DNA of 32,000 nucleotides from positions 1,800,001 to 1,832,000 of the forward strand of contig NC_010296.1 of NCBI RefSeq assembly GCF_000010625.1, read 5' to 3'. Below, piece after piece: positions 16,699 to 24,428 of this stretch; within the stretch, counting starts at the first letter, position 1, and each line of letters starts with the position of its first letter. Made by a program: the position numbers and the translations under genes. The notes below the pieces were generated by a model. That model saw only the letters and a program-made list of their open reading frames with translations. It was not told where the DNA came from and made no database searches. This stretch comes from Microcystis aeruginosa NIES-843. Its GTDB lineage: Bacteria; Cyanobacteriota; Cyanobacteriia; Cyanobacteriales; Microcystaceae.

Positions 16699-17118
16699 AT
16701 GTCCAGACGAGACGATCTACATTTATCATTACGTCATACTTTAGAAAAAGAAGGTTGGAAAATCACTGATGATCCTTTAATTCTAACCTTAGAAAAAACC
16801 TTGCTTAAAGCTGATTTAGGAGCAGAAAAGTTTTTTGCTGCGGAAAAAGAAGATCGTAAAATTGCCGTAGAAATCAAAGACTTTGATACGCCTTCAGTTA
16901 TCAGTGAATTAGAAAAAACAATAGGACAACTTCAATTATACCAATGGGCTTTAGATTCACAAGAACCTGAAAGAAAACTTTTTTTGGGCATTAGTCAAGC
17001 GGTTTATTTAAAACACTTCAAAAAAGCTATTTTCCAACTGGTTATTAAACGTAACAGAATCAATTTAATTATTTATAATCCTCAAAAGGAGATAATTTGC
17101 GAATGGATAACACAGTAA
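16699..17118 (+). CDS. xisH: XisH family protein (fdxN-element excision controlling factor-like)
   Basis: 139 aa. DDLHLSLRHTLEKEGWKITDDPL...KIAVEIKDF matches the XisH family pattern. It overlaps the xisI partner by 22 nt. Confidence 0.8.
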   Translation: MSRRDDLHLSLRHTLEKEGWKITDDPLILTLEKTLLKADLGAEKFFAAEKEDRKIAVEIKDFDTPSVISELEKTIGQLQLYQWALDSQEPERKLFLGISQAVYLKHFKKAIFQLVIKRNRINLIIYNPQKEIICEWITQ

Positions 17119-17405
17119 ATTATGCCGATATTCTGACTCAAGTTATCAGAAAAGAGTCGGCGATGCAACCTCGATTACAAACCCTTAAAATTACCCCAGT
17201 TTGTGATCCAGAATCAGGCAACTTTTTAATAATTATGACTGGTTGGGAAAAAGAAGCATGGATTAATACAATTTTATTTCACGCTCGTTTATTGAAAAAT
17301 AAAATTGTCATTGAAGATGATAATCTTGAAGAAGGATTAACAACCAATTTAATTCAAGCTGGGATTCCCCCAGAAGATATTATTACTGGACTTTCCCTAG
17401 AGTAA
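17097..17405 (+). CDS. xisI: XisI family protein
   Basis: VNYADILTQVIRKES...PVCDPESGNFLIIMTGWEKEAWINTILFHARLLKNKIVIEDDNLEEGL matches the XisI pattern. The start could instead be the ATG at 17103. Confidence 0.8.
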   Translation: MRMDNTVNYADILTQVIRKESAMQPRLQTLKITPVCDPESGNFLIIMTGWEKEAWINTILFHARLLKNKIVIEDDNLEEGLTTNLIQAGIPPEDIITGLSLE

Positions 17406-17453
17406 GGTAGGCATTACCCACCTTAGCGATATCGCACTGAATGTTAGGAAAAA

Positions 17454-17781
17454 TTATCTAAATGCTTCAATTCGATCTAAATAGACATTAACTAATTTAT
17501 GTTCAATAACCAAAGCTTCAACTTCTGGCCAAATACGAGCTAAAAACTGATGAAATTCGCGTTTTCGTATATTGCCAAAACGGAGATGTACTACTTTAGG
17601 TGCAAAAAAAATTAAGCATTAGTTGATCGGAAAAGTCTGTATCTTTCGTAACAATAACCAGTTTTTTATCCTTTGCATATTGCCAAATTTCCGTATCACT
17701 TGGACTTCTCCCTAAAAATGATCGGTAAAGATGGAGTGAAGAGGATTTTAGCTGGTAAATTTTCATCAAAGAAAAAACCAT
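17454..17781 (-). pseudogene. DUF5615-family PIN-like toxin gene with a +1 frameshift in a T8 (A8 on the + strand) homopolymer
   Basis: Frame 1 ends ...IVTKDTDFSDQLMLNFFCT*. Removing one A from the A8 run 17604-17611 continues it as ...NFFAPKVVHLRFGNIRKREFHQFLARIWPEVEALVIEHKLVNVYLDRIEAFR*. This could be a sequencing error rather than a real lesion. Confidence 0.65.
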
Positions 17782-17956
17782 TCATGCAATTTTTCTGACT
17801 TCATAGTGATTCGCCATCAATCTTGCTGCAAATTGCATACAGGCATAAATATCTTCTCGATTCAGAGAAGGATATTCTTCAAGGAATTCTTCAATAGAAT
17901 CCCCTGCTCCCAAAAATTCCATAACTGTTTGCACCGGAATTCGGGTTCCAGCTATA

Positions 17957-19040
17957 AGTACCTAGGCAAAATTAATTACATACTCGCCTCCAAAATTGTC
18001 CAGCACTTTTTTAACGTAAGCGAGGAGGCTCTTTCGGTCTTTATAGGCGCTAAATTCAATCCATTCATATTTTAAAAATCTCCATAATATTTCAATTAAA
18101 TTTAAATGAGGTGAATAAGTGGGCAACCAAAATATTTTCAAGTTTTTCTTTTCCCATTCCTCAAGTTTCTCCATAAATGCCTCGCTGGTATGAATGGAAG
18201 CTTGGTCAATTATTATGACAGTTTTTTTCTGTATATTTTGGCAATATTTATCCAGAAAATTAATAACTATCTCGCTAGTAACCGTTCCGACCTGTGTCTC
18301 ATAAAATAATTGATTATCTCGTTTCATTATTCCTAAAATATTTAGTCTTTTACCTTCAATTGGTGGTAACTTTATCGTGGTTTTTTCTTCTTGCCAAGCG
18401 TCAGGAATACAAGGCTTTGAATCCCCTCCCATTTCATCCAAATATCCTATCTCAATCTCTCCTCTTTTTTCCTGTTTTTTTAGTTCTTCTAAAATAGGTA
18501 GTTTGACCTCAAGCTCCCACTCATCAGGGGTTTTGGCGACCCCTCTTCTCACCCTTTTCCACCTCATGTTGATTTTTTTTATGAGTCTTTTTATCGTGTC
18601 TTTGCTTACGGTTAATTTCCCTTCTTCTACAATTTTTATCTGGATTTTTTTTAAGCTTTTCGGTTCTTCTTTTACCCAGTCAATAACTTGTTGACCTTGT
18701 GCTTCTGTCAATTTAGGTTTTCTCCCTCTTCCTCGACGATTATAAAAACCAATTAGTTTTCTATCTTCCCAGGCCGTCAACCAATTATAGATGGTCTTTC
18801 TCGTAACTCCAAATATTCCGCTCAATTCTTCTATCGTGGTTCCCTGAAAACTTAAGAGTATACATTTCGCTCGCTCTCTTACTTGATGATGTTTACTAGC
18901 TCGATAAATTCTCTCTAGCATTTTCTGGCTCTCGGGGTTTAGGTCTCTAATCAATCTCATTGTATTTTCCTGCTGCTTCGTTTTTTTATGTATTATACTT
19001 CTTAATTTTTTATTTGGGTAATTAATTTTGCATGACTACT
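17957..19040 (-). mobile_element. IS630-family insertion sequence #1 (1084 bp), TA target duplication
   Basis: The TIRs are AGTACCTAGGCAAAATTAATTAC and AGTAGTCATGCAAAATTAATTAC. They are flanked by TA at 17955-17956 and 19041-19042. Confidence 0.9.
17962..18960 (-). CDS. IS630-family DDE transposase
   Basis: 332 aa with an N-terminal HTH (GVTRKTIYNWL) and the DDE_3 motifs YLDEMG, IIDQASIHTSE and YSPHLNLIEILW. Confidence 0.9.
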   Translation of the reverse strand: MRLIRDLNPESQKMLERIYRASKHHQVRERAKCILLSFQGTTIEELSGIFGVTRKTIYNWLTAWEDRKLIGFYNRRGRGRKPKLTEAQGQQVIDWVKEEPKSLKKIQIKIVEEGKLTVSKDTIKRLIKKINMRWKRVRRGVAKTPDEWELEVKLPILEELKKQEKRGEIEIGYLDEMGGDSKPCIPDAWQEEKTTIKLPPIEGKRLNILGIMKRDNQLFYETQVGTVTSEIVINFLDKYCQNIQKKTVIIIDQASIHTSEAFMEKLEEWEKKNLKIFWLPTYSPHLNLIEILWRFLKYEWIEFSAYKDRKSLLAYVKKVLDNFGGEYVINFA

Positions 19041-19116
19041 TAACAGGTCTTCCATTACAAATATCTGGATGGATATGGATACGACTTTCCATTAAGGTTT
19101 TGTTACCTCTTTGATG

Positions 19117-19669
19117 ACCTTAAGTAAACTTATTACTGGACTTCCCCCATACAGAAATACTAAAAAATTAACAAAACCCTTACTGCATGGAGCTTCTCAG
19201 AAAAAATTGAAAAGAGGCTACTGGGTACATTTTTCCCTTGAAAATGGCTGTACCGTTGACTGTATCTGGAGTAGAGCGATTCCGTAGAGTTGGCTGTATA
19301 GTGATCGCTAACCTTATTGTAACAGATGGTGTCATTAATCTCTAGAGTCAGCGATTCCCTCTGTAGCCATGTTTTTGATGGTTTTCTGCCCCGAAACAAG
19401 CTATAATGGTCGAAAGGTCAAATTTGAAAAATTTTGCCTCAAACCCTATCTGCGTAAGGACTTCAGGATTTTGTGTCCAGTAGTCCATTAGTATTATATT
19501 GCTTTAACTCAGGCTCTGTAAGACTTTTAGCCATAGCTAGTATGTTTATACGGGGGAAGTCCAGTTATTATACCCTTTCATAGTAACAGGTAAGGATGTT
19601 GGGTTTCCTTAAAATTGATCGCTGCAGCAGTAGGACTCGCATGAGGGAACGCACCCTACCAGATCTGCA
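19117..19669. repeat. repA copy c, split by MITE-D (repA parts 19117-19135 and 19565-19669)
   Basis: The sequence is collinear with 14516-14635 once 19136-19570 is removed. It ends exactly at the stop codon of the NYN gene. Confidence 0.85.
19136..19564. mobile_element. MITE family D (429 bp; TIR CTGGACTTCCCCCATAC / CTGGACTTCCCCCGTAT)
   Basis: Terminal inverted repeats flanked by TTATTA (19130-19135 and 19565-19570). The paralogous repA copy a shows the empty site AAACTTATTATACCC at 14521-14535. Confidence 0.85.
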
Positions 19670-20419
19670 CTACGTTTTTGGAGTAGTGCCATTCTTTTGC
19701 TTGCTCCTCACGAAGACTGCCTTATTTTTTCGCTGAATCTCGAATAAGTCAATAGCCTCGAACAGGCCACTCAACTTTGCATATCCGTAGTTGCGTGGGT
19801 CAAAAGATGTCTGATTTGCTATGTGTCCGCCAATCTCTGCCAAATTCGACCAACCATCATCGTCTAGAGTGCTAGAAACAGCGCCCCTCAATAAACTGAT
19901 TAATTTGGTGTCTTGCTTCAACTCTTTACCAGTTTTCTTCACACTTGCAGAAACTTTGGAAGTCTCCTCAGAATTTACTGCTTGATCAATAGTTTCTAGG
20001 TATAAAAATGTTGAACACGCATAAACAAAAGGCAATGGTGTTTTCTTCTCGCCAAATCCATAGACTTTTAAGCCATTTGTCAAAATTCGCATCACTAAAG
20101 GAGTAAAGTCACAATCGCTCGACACGATTGCAAAAGCATCCAACTGTTGTGTATACAGCAAATCCATTGCATCAATAATCATTGCAGCATCAGTAGCATT
20201 TTTGCCCTTCGTATAGTCGAACTGTTGGACGGGGCGAATAGCGTATTCATGCAAACACTCCTCCCAGGCTTTCAGCGCAGGACTTTTCCAGTTTCCGTAA
20301 GCCTTACGAATATTGGCAACTCCATACTTTGCAATTTCAGAGACGATCGCCTCAATTTTTGATGCAGGGGCGTTGTCTGCATCAATCAGCAGCGCAATTT
20401 TTGATTCTGATTGCCGCAT
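19670..20419 (-). CDS. NYN (LabA-like) ribonuclease domain protein with C-terminal OST-HTH/LOTUS domain
   Basis: The NYN motifs are IALLIDADNA, KNATDAAMIIDAMDL and AIVSSDCDFTPLV. The C-terminal DDDGWSNLAEIGGHI...FDPRNYGYAKLSGLF is typical of OST-HTH. Confidence 0.85.
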   Translation of the reverse strand: MRQSESKIALLIDADNAPASKIEAIVSEIAKYGVANIRKAYGNWKSPALKAWEECLHEYAIRPVQQFDYTKGKNATDAAMIIDAMDLLYTQQLDAFAIVSSDCDFTPLVMRILTNGLKVYGFGEKKTPLPFVYACSTFLYLETIDQAVNSEETSKVSASVKKTGKELKQDTKLISLLRGAVSSTLDDDGWSNLAEIGGHIANQTSFDPRNYGYAKLSGLFEAIDLFEIQRKNKAVFVRSKQKNGTTPKT

Positions 20420-20498
20420 ATTGCTCCAGGTGTGCTGATCACTTTAATTTTTGAACTCGAACAGACACTCTTCAAGTATGCCCCAACCGATAACCTAA

Positions 20499-20725
20499 GC
20501 CATCCAACTATTAATTATACAGAAACTTTCCGAATAACCAGAGTAAGGATATGGGAAAACTTTCGGCATATCACCCCGTTTTAGCGGAATTGCGGCGAAC
20601 TTTTCCGTATATCAAACCCAGAAGCCTGTTAGCTAGATTAGCCTACTGCAAACAACCTCCTTTAGGCAGATTTCTGACAATCAGCCGAGATACAAAGAAC
20701 TTTTCAGCGACCATAGCACCAATTA
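20499..20725. repeat. repB copy 2 (with an ~88-bp extra segment), truncated by IS630 #2 and resuming briefly at 21871-21880
   Basis: Collinear with 16212-16357. TATAAT lies on the minus strand at the complement of 20514-20519. Confidence 0.8.
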
Positions 20726-21870
20726 TAATACCATTTTTCTAAATTCCTGACAGACATAGAGCTTCTAAAATCCAAGACCATCCCGTCAAATACCCGATCG
20801 TGTCATTGGATAGAGAATTTAAAAGATGGTAAAGTTTACTTCTTAAGTTATCAAGGGAGTTAAAATTGCCCCAGGCCAATAGGTTTTTCAAATATAGCCA
20901 AACTCTCTCAATTGGATTTACTTCTGGACAATAGGGAGGTTGATAAAATAGGATAATATTATCAGGTATTTCTAGGTCGGTCGCCGTATGTGCGGGAGCA
21001 TTATCTAATTGAATAATATGTAATTCCTCAGAAAAAGCTTGAGAAAAAAGCGTTAAATATTGATTAAAACATTCCCCATCTAAATGAGAAAATTCATAGA
21101 AAAAACTGCTACCTGTTCGAGGTTCTATTAAACCATAGAGCCAGAGATATTGAAAATTATACTGAAAATTACCAAGGGGCTTTATGCCTTTAATTGTTAT
21201 TTTATCTCTGACAATGGTATGACAGCCGAAGCGACTTTCATCTTGACACCAGAAGCGGACTTTTAAATATTGACTAACTTTTTCAGATTCCTTTTCTAGT
21301 AAAGCTTGTAGCTGTTCAGATAGATTATTTTGGAATATTTTTACTTCTCCTGGTAATTGTTTTAAATTTTGAGGTCGAGCCACTTTTAATTTAGCTTGTA
21401 ATTCATTTCTTACGAGACGGTAAACAGTTATATAACTGGTGGGTATTTCTAAAATAATTGATACCCAAAAATGAATTTCTTTATAACTTTGAAATCCTTC
21501 TGGGTCTTTTAATTCATTCTGAATTAGAGCGGCTTCTTCCACTGAAATCTTTTTGGGTCTTCCCAGTTTTTCTGGTTCTGACAAGAGATTTTCTATCCCT
21601 CCTTCTCGATAACAACTTAACCAGCGATGAATAGTTCTTTCTGAGCGTCCTATTAACACGGCGAGATGACGAACCGTTTCTACCTCCTTAATTTTTAGTA
21701 GATACAGGGATTGTACTTTAGCAAAGTTTAAAGAGGTTACTTGTTGCTTCAACAAGGATTTTAAGTCTTCTACTGACTCAGCAACATTAATATTAGGGAC
21801 TCCACTCATTGCCTTTTTACCACACAAACTATACCTTTACCAAGTATGACATACTTTTTGAAAAATGGTA
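20726..21870 (-). mobile_element. IS630-family insertion sequence #2 (boundaries +/-3 bp)
   Basis: Short TIR (A)TACCATTTTTC at both ends and TA-rich junctions. The paralogous empty site in repB copy 1 is CACTAATTCTTC, versus CACCAATTA[IS]TAATTCTTC here. Confidence 0.75.
20739..21827 (-). CDS. IS630-family DDE transposase
   Basis: 362 aa with an HTH (RSERTIHRWL) and the DDE_3 motifs WCQDESRFG, IIQLDNAPAHTA and YCPEVNPIERVW. The start may be the internal MSGVPN. Confidence 0.9.
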   Translation of the reverse strand: MCGKKAMSGVPNINVAESVEDLKSLLKQQVTSLNFAKVQSLYLLKIKEVETVRHLAVLIGRSERTIHRWLSCYREGGIENLLSEPEKLGRPKKISVEEAALIQNELKDPEGFQSYKEIHFWVSIILEIPTSYITVYRLVRNELQAKLKVARPQNLKQLPGEVKIFQNNLSEQLQALLEKESEKVSQYLKVRFWCQDESRFGCHTIVRDKITIKGIKPLGNFQYNFQYLWLYGLIEPRTGSSFFYEFSHLDGECFNQYLTLFSQAFSEELHIIQLDNAPAHTATDLEIPDNIILFYQPPYCPEVNPIERVWLYLKNLLAWGNFNSLDNLRSKLYHLLNSLSNDTIGYLTGWSWILEALCLSGI

Positions 21871-21904
21871 TAATTCTTCGGGTAACTGAGCAGACTAACT
21901 AAAA

Positions 21905-22810
21905 GTGGCGATGGCGGAGCAAATTCTTTCTCTACTCTTGTACTTAATTCTCATTTTAACGGCTTTTTGGTTTATTAGCCCCCAAAAAAAGCCCCGTAGT
22001 CATCCCGCCTATCATCTTGCTTGTTTACTAGAAGATGCTCCTGAAAGCTCTTTAAAGGGTCAATTTTATCCCCTGGCTACTCCCTTGGCTACCCCGATAG
22101 CCTGTACTGTTCCGCAGGTGTGGCGCAGTGTATATAGGCAGTCTCTGGCAAAACCGGATGTTAACTATTGGCAATGGCGCGGTATGCCCGAAAATGAGCA
22201 GTTTTGTCGGGAATTAGGGGAATTATTGCAATTAAATCCGGCTAGAGGTTACGCTAAGGAAATTCTGGAAAGTCTCGCCTTGAATCAAGATCCTTTTTAT
22301 CATCTTTACTGGGATCTAAAAGCGATCGCTCATGGTAACTTTAACAATATCGGGACTAATGAACTAGCTGAGGGCAGATTTGCCAGGCGAGATTTGCGAA
22401 CTCATCAGCAGATGCGGAAGGATTTTCGTCAATGGCATTTACAAGCTTGTCAACAGTTGGGAAAAGAGCGGGTTAAAGCGGTTTATCGGCTCTGTTATGG
22501 AGCATATTGGTCATTAATCGCCCAAATTCTCTATCCTTCGCCTCGTTCCTTGGCCGTGATGATTATAGAGTCGGCTAATCCCGTTTGGTGGCGAGTTTTG
22601 GGGATTACTCCTTTTACCACGACTAGCCGGATTGAGAATAATTATAAAACTCTCTTGTGTTATTGGCATCCCGATCGCAATTCCCATCCCAATGCTACAG
22701 AAATCACTGCCCATCTTAATCGCGCCTACGATTGTTATCAAAGTTTTCAGGAGATGAGTAGTCAAGATAATGCACCTTTGTGGACGAAAATCCGTCGCTG
22801 GATTCCTTAG
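21905..22810 (+). CDS. Membrane-anchored J-domain protein
   Basis: There is an N-terminal hydrophobic helix (ILSLLLYLILILTAFWFI). The C-terminal J domain is WWRVLGITPFTTTSRIENNYKTLLCYWHPDRNSHPNATEITAHLNRAYDCY, with the HPD motif present. The track start is GTG, and an ATG lies 6 nt downstream. Confidence 0.75.
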   Translation: MAMAEQILSLLLYLILILTAFWFISPQKKPRSHPAYHLACLLEDAPESSLKGQFYPLATPLATPIACTVPQVWRSVYRQSLAKPDVNYWQWRGMPENEQFCRELGELLQLNPARGYAKEILESLALNQDPFYHLYWDLKAIAHGNFNNIGTNELAEGRFARRDLRTHQQMRKDFRQWHLQACQQLGKERVKAVYRLCYGAYWSLIAQILYPSPRSLAVMIIESANPVWWRVLGITPFTTTSRIENNYKTLLCYWHPDRNSHPNATEITAHLNRAYDCYQSFQEMSSQDNAPLWTKIRRWIP

Positions 22811-22900
22811 ACTTGACTCTAGTTTTTCCCTTGACTTTTTCCTTAACAAAAGAATGTTAGTCTAGGAACAATTTATGACCACGCTTGCACTCTCAGGGTA

Positions 22901-24382
22901 ATGAATCTAGTGCTTTTAAACAATCGCTACCAAATTGTTAGTATCCTTGCTAGGGGGGGATTTGGGGAAACTTATATCGCTATCGATACGAATATGCCTT
23001 CTCAACGGCGCTGTGTGATTAAAAAATTGCAGCCGGCCATTCAAAGTGAGGGGATGCCAGAATGGTTAAAAGAACGTTTTCAGAAAGAAGCAAGCGTTTT
23101 AGAGGAATTGGGGGAACAAAATCGCCAAATACCCCGTTTATACGGTTATTTTGCCCAAGATAATCATTTCTATCTGGTGCAGGAGTGGATTGACGGGGAG
23201 ACACTAACCCAAAAACAGCAACGACAGGGAAATTTATCCTCCTCAGCAGTGCGGACGATTTTAGAGAATTTGCTGCCTGTTATTGATTTTATTCACAGTC
23301 GCCGCATTATTCACCGGGATGTGAAACCCGATAATATTATCTTAAGAAATAGTGATAATTTGCCCGTTTTAATCGATTTTGGGGTAATGAAAGAAGCAGT
23401 CGCCACCTTACTCGATCCTACGGGAAAAAGTGCCTATTCGATCGCCCTTGGCACCCCCGGTTATATGGCTTCGGAACAGGCTGCCGGGAGACCGGTCTTT
23501 TCTAGTGACCTTTACAGCCTAGGCTTAACGGCGATTTTTTTATTAACGGGAAAAACTCCCCAATATCTAGAAACTGACTCGCGCACGGGGGAAATTCTCT
23601 GGCGACAGGAGGCAGAAAATGTTAATCCTAATTTAGCTATGGTAATCGATCGAGCGATCCGTTTTCATCCCCGGGATCGGTTTGCTACTGCTAGGGAAAT
23701 GTTAGCAGCTTTGGCAGAAATAGCCCCCGATTTGTCCACCCAACCGACTATCGCGGTTTCTCCCCATAGTCCCCGATTAAAGTCCTCTACACCCCCAAAA
23801 CCAATCGTCTCCCCCACTGTGGTTATTCAACCCACTTCCGGAAAAAAAAAGAATCCTTGGCCGTCGATTTTGCTGATTTTTGCGGTGACAATTGGGGCTT
23901 TTGCCCTAGGATATCGGGGATTTATGGCTCTTTTACCCAAAAATGAGGAAATTGAACCATTACCAACCCCTGAACCTTCTCCTAGTCCTGAAATCATTCC
24001 TCCTCCCTCTCAAGATTTTCCCCCTATCCGACGACCTTCTCGTCAACGGACTCCCATTTATTCCCCGACTCCTACCCCATCCCCGACTCCTACCCCAGAG
24101 GTGATTCCTACTCCAGAAGCGACTCCAGAATTAACTCCTGGTCCCACCCCAGAAGAAGTAATTCCTATTCCTGTTCCCCTTCCTGAAACGGAGCCGAGTC
24201 CTCAAGTTTCTCCCCTTCCTTCTCCTTCCCCTTCTCCTTCTCCTTCTCCTTCTCCTTCCCCTTCTCCTTCCCCTGTTCCAGAGGTGATTAATCCCCCGGT
24301 TAATGAGGATAAAATTGAACCGATCGCTCCTCCGGTTTTATCACCTTCTCCTCTTCCCACGGTCGAAAATAGTAATTATTGA
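22901..24382 (+). CDS. Hanks-type Ser/Thr protein kinase with a TM segment and a Pro/Ser/Thr-rich C-terminal tail
   Basis: The motifs are GGFGETY, VIKKL, HRDVKPDNIIL, DFG and GTPGYMASEQ. A TM helix (SILLIFAVTIGAFALGY) is followed by a roughly 140-aa P-rich tail. Confidence 0.93.
   Translation: MNLVLLNNRYQIVSILARGGFGETYIAIDTNMPSQRRCVIKKLQPAIQSEGMPEWLKERFQKEASVLEELGEQNRQIPRLYGYFAQDNHFYLVQEWIDGETLTQKQQRQGNLSSSAVRTILENLLPVIDFIHSRRIIHRDVKPDNIILRNSDNLPVLIDFGVMKEAVATLLDPTGKSAYSIALGTPGYMASEQAAGRPVFSSDLYSLGLTAIFLLTGKTPQYLETDSRTGEILWRQEAENVNPNLAMVIDRAIRFHPRDRFATAREMLAALAEIAPDLSTQPTIAVSPHSPRLKSSTPPKPIVSPTVVIQPTSGKKKNPWPSILLIFAVTIGAFALGYRGFMALLPKNEEIEPLPTPEPSPSPEIIPPPSQDFPPIRRPSRQRTPIYSPTPTPSPTPTPEVIPTPEATPELTPGPTPEEVIPIPVPLPETEPSPQVSPLPSPSPSPSPSPSPSPSPSPVPEVINPPVNEDKIEPIAPPVLSPSPLPTVENSNY
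24212..24274 (+). repeat. CCTTCY hexanucleotide microsatellite encoding (PS)n
   Basis: CCCCTTCCTTCTCCTTCCCCTTCTCCTTCTCCTTCTCCTTCTCCTTCCCCTTCTCCTTCCCCT lies inside the kinase tail (SPLPSPSPSPSPSPSPSPSPSP). Confidence 0.9.
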
Positions 24383-24386
24383 CTCT

Positions 24387-24419
24387 CCCCCGCTAACCGC
24401 TCGCGCGGTGTAGCGGGGG
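24387..24419 (-). other. Compound hairpin at the tnpB 3' end (candidate IS right-end hairpin / 3' stem of a TnpB guide RNA scaffold)
   Basis: The minus strand reads CCCCCGCTA-CA-CCGC-GCGA-GCGG-T-TAGCGGGGG, a 9-bp outer stem plus a 4-bp inner stem. It lies 10 nt after the tnpB stop. Confidence 0.6.
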
Positions 24420-24428
24420 ATTCTTGGT

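Larger units (their letters stand above)
17782..19092 (-). pseudogene. DUF433-family antitoxin-like gene split by an IS630-family insertion
   Basis: The 5' part (19092-19041) reads MESRIHIHPDICNGRPV. The 3' part (17956-17782) reads IAGTRIPVQTVMEFLGAGDSIEEFLEEYPSLNREDIYACMQFAARLMANHYEVRKIA*. Removing 17957-19040 and one TA restores CCT GTT ATA GCT GGA (GRPVIAGTRI). Confidence 0.85.

Noticed and set aside
17806-18694. + strand ORFs 17806..18075, 18294..18497, 18377..18694
   Set aside because: They are antisense to the DUF433 remnant and the IS630 transposase.
19160-19399. 79-aa minus-strand ORF
   Set aside because: It lies entirely inside non-autonomous MITE-D and has no recognisable domain.
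20147-20742. + strand ORFs 20147..20362 and 20551..20742
   Set aside because: The first is antisense to the NYN gene. The second lies within repeat repB and its extra segment and runs into the IS end.
8480-24274. Short tandem arrays (GLEQ repeat at 8480-8534; PS microsatellite at 24212-24274) considered as possible CRISPR-like arrays
   Set aside because: The units are contiguous with no spacers and lie in frame inside CDSs. No CRISPR repeat-spacer architecture exists anywhere in the window.
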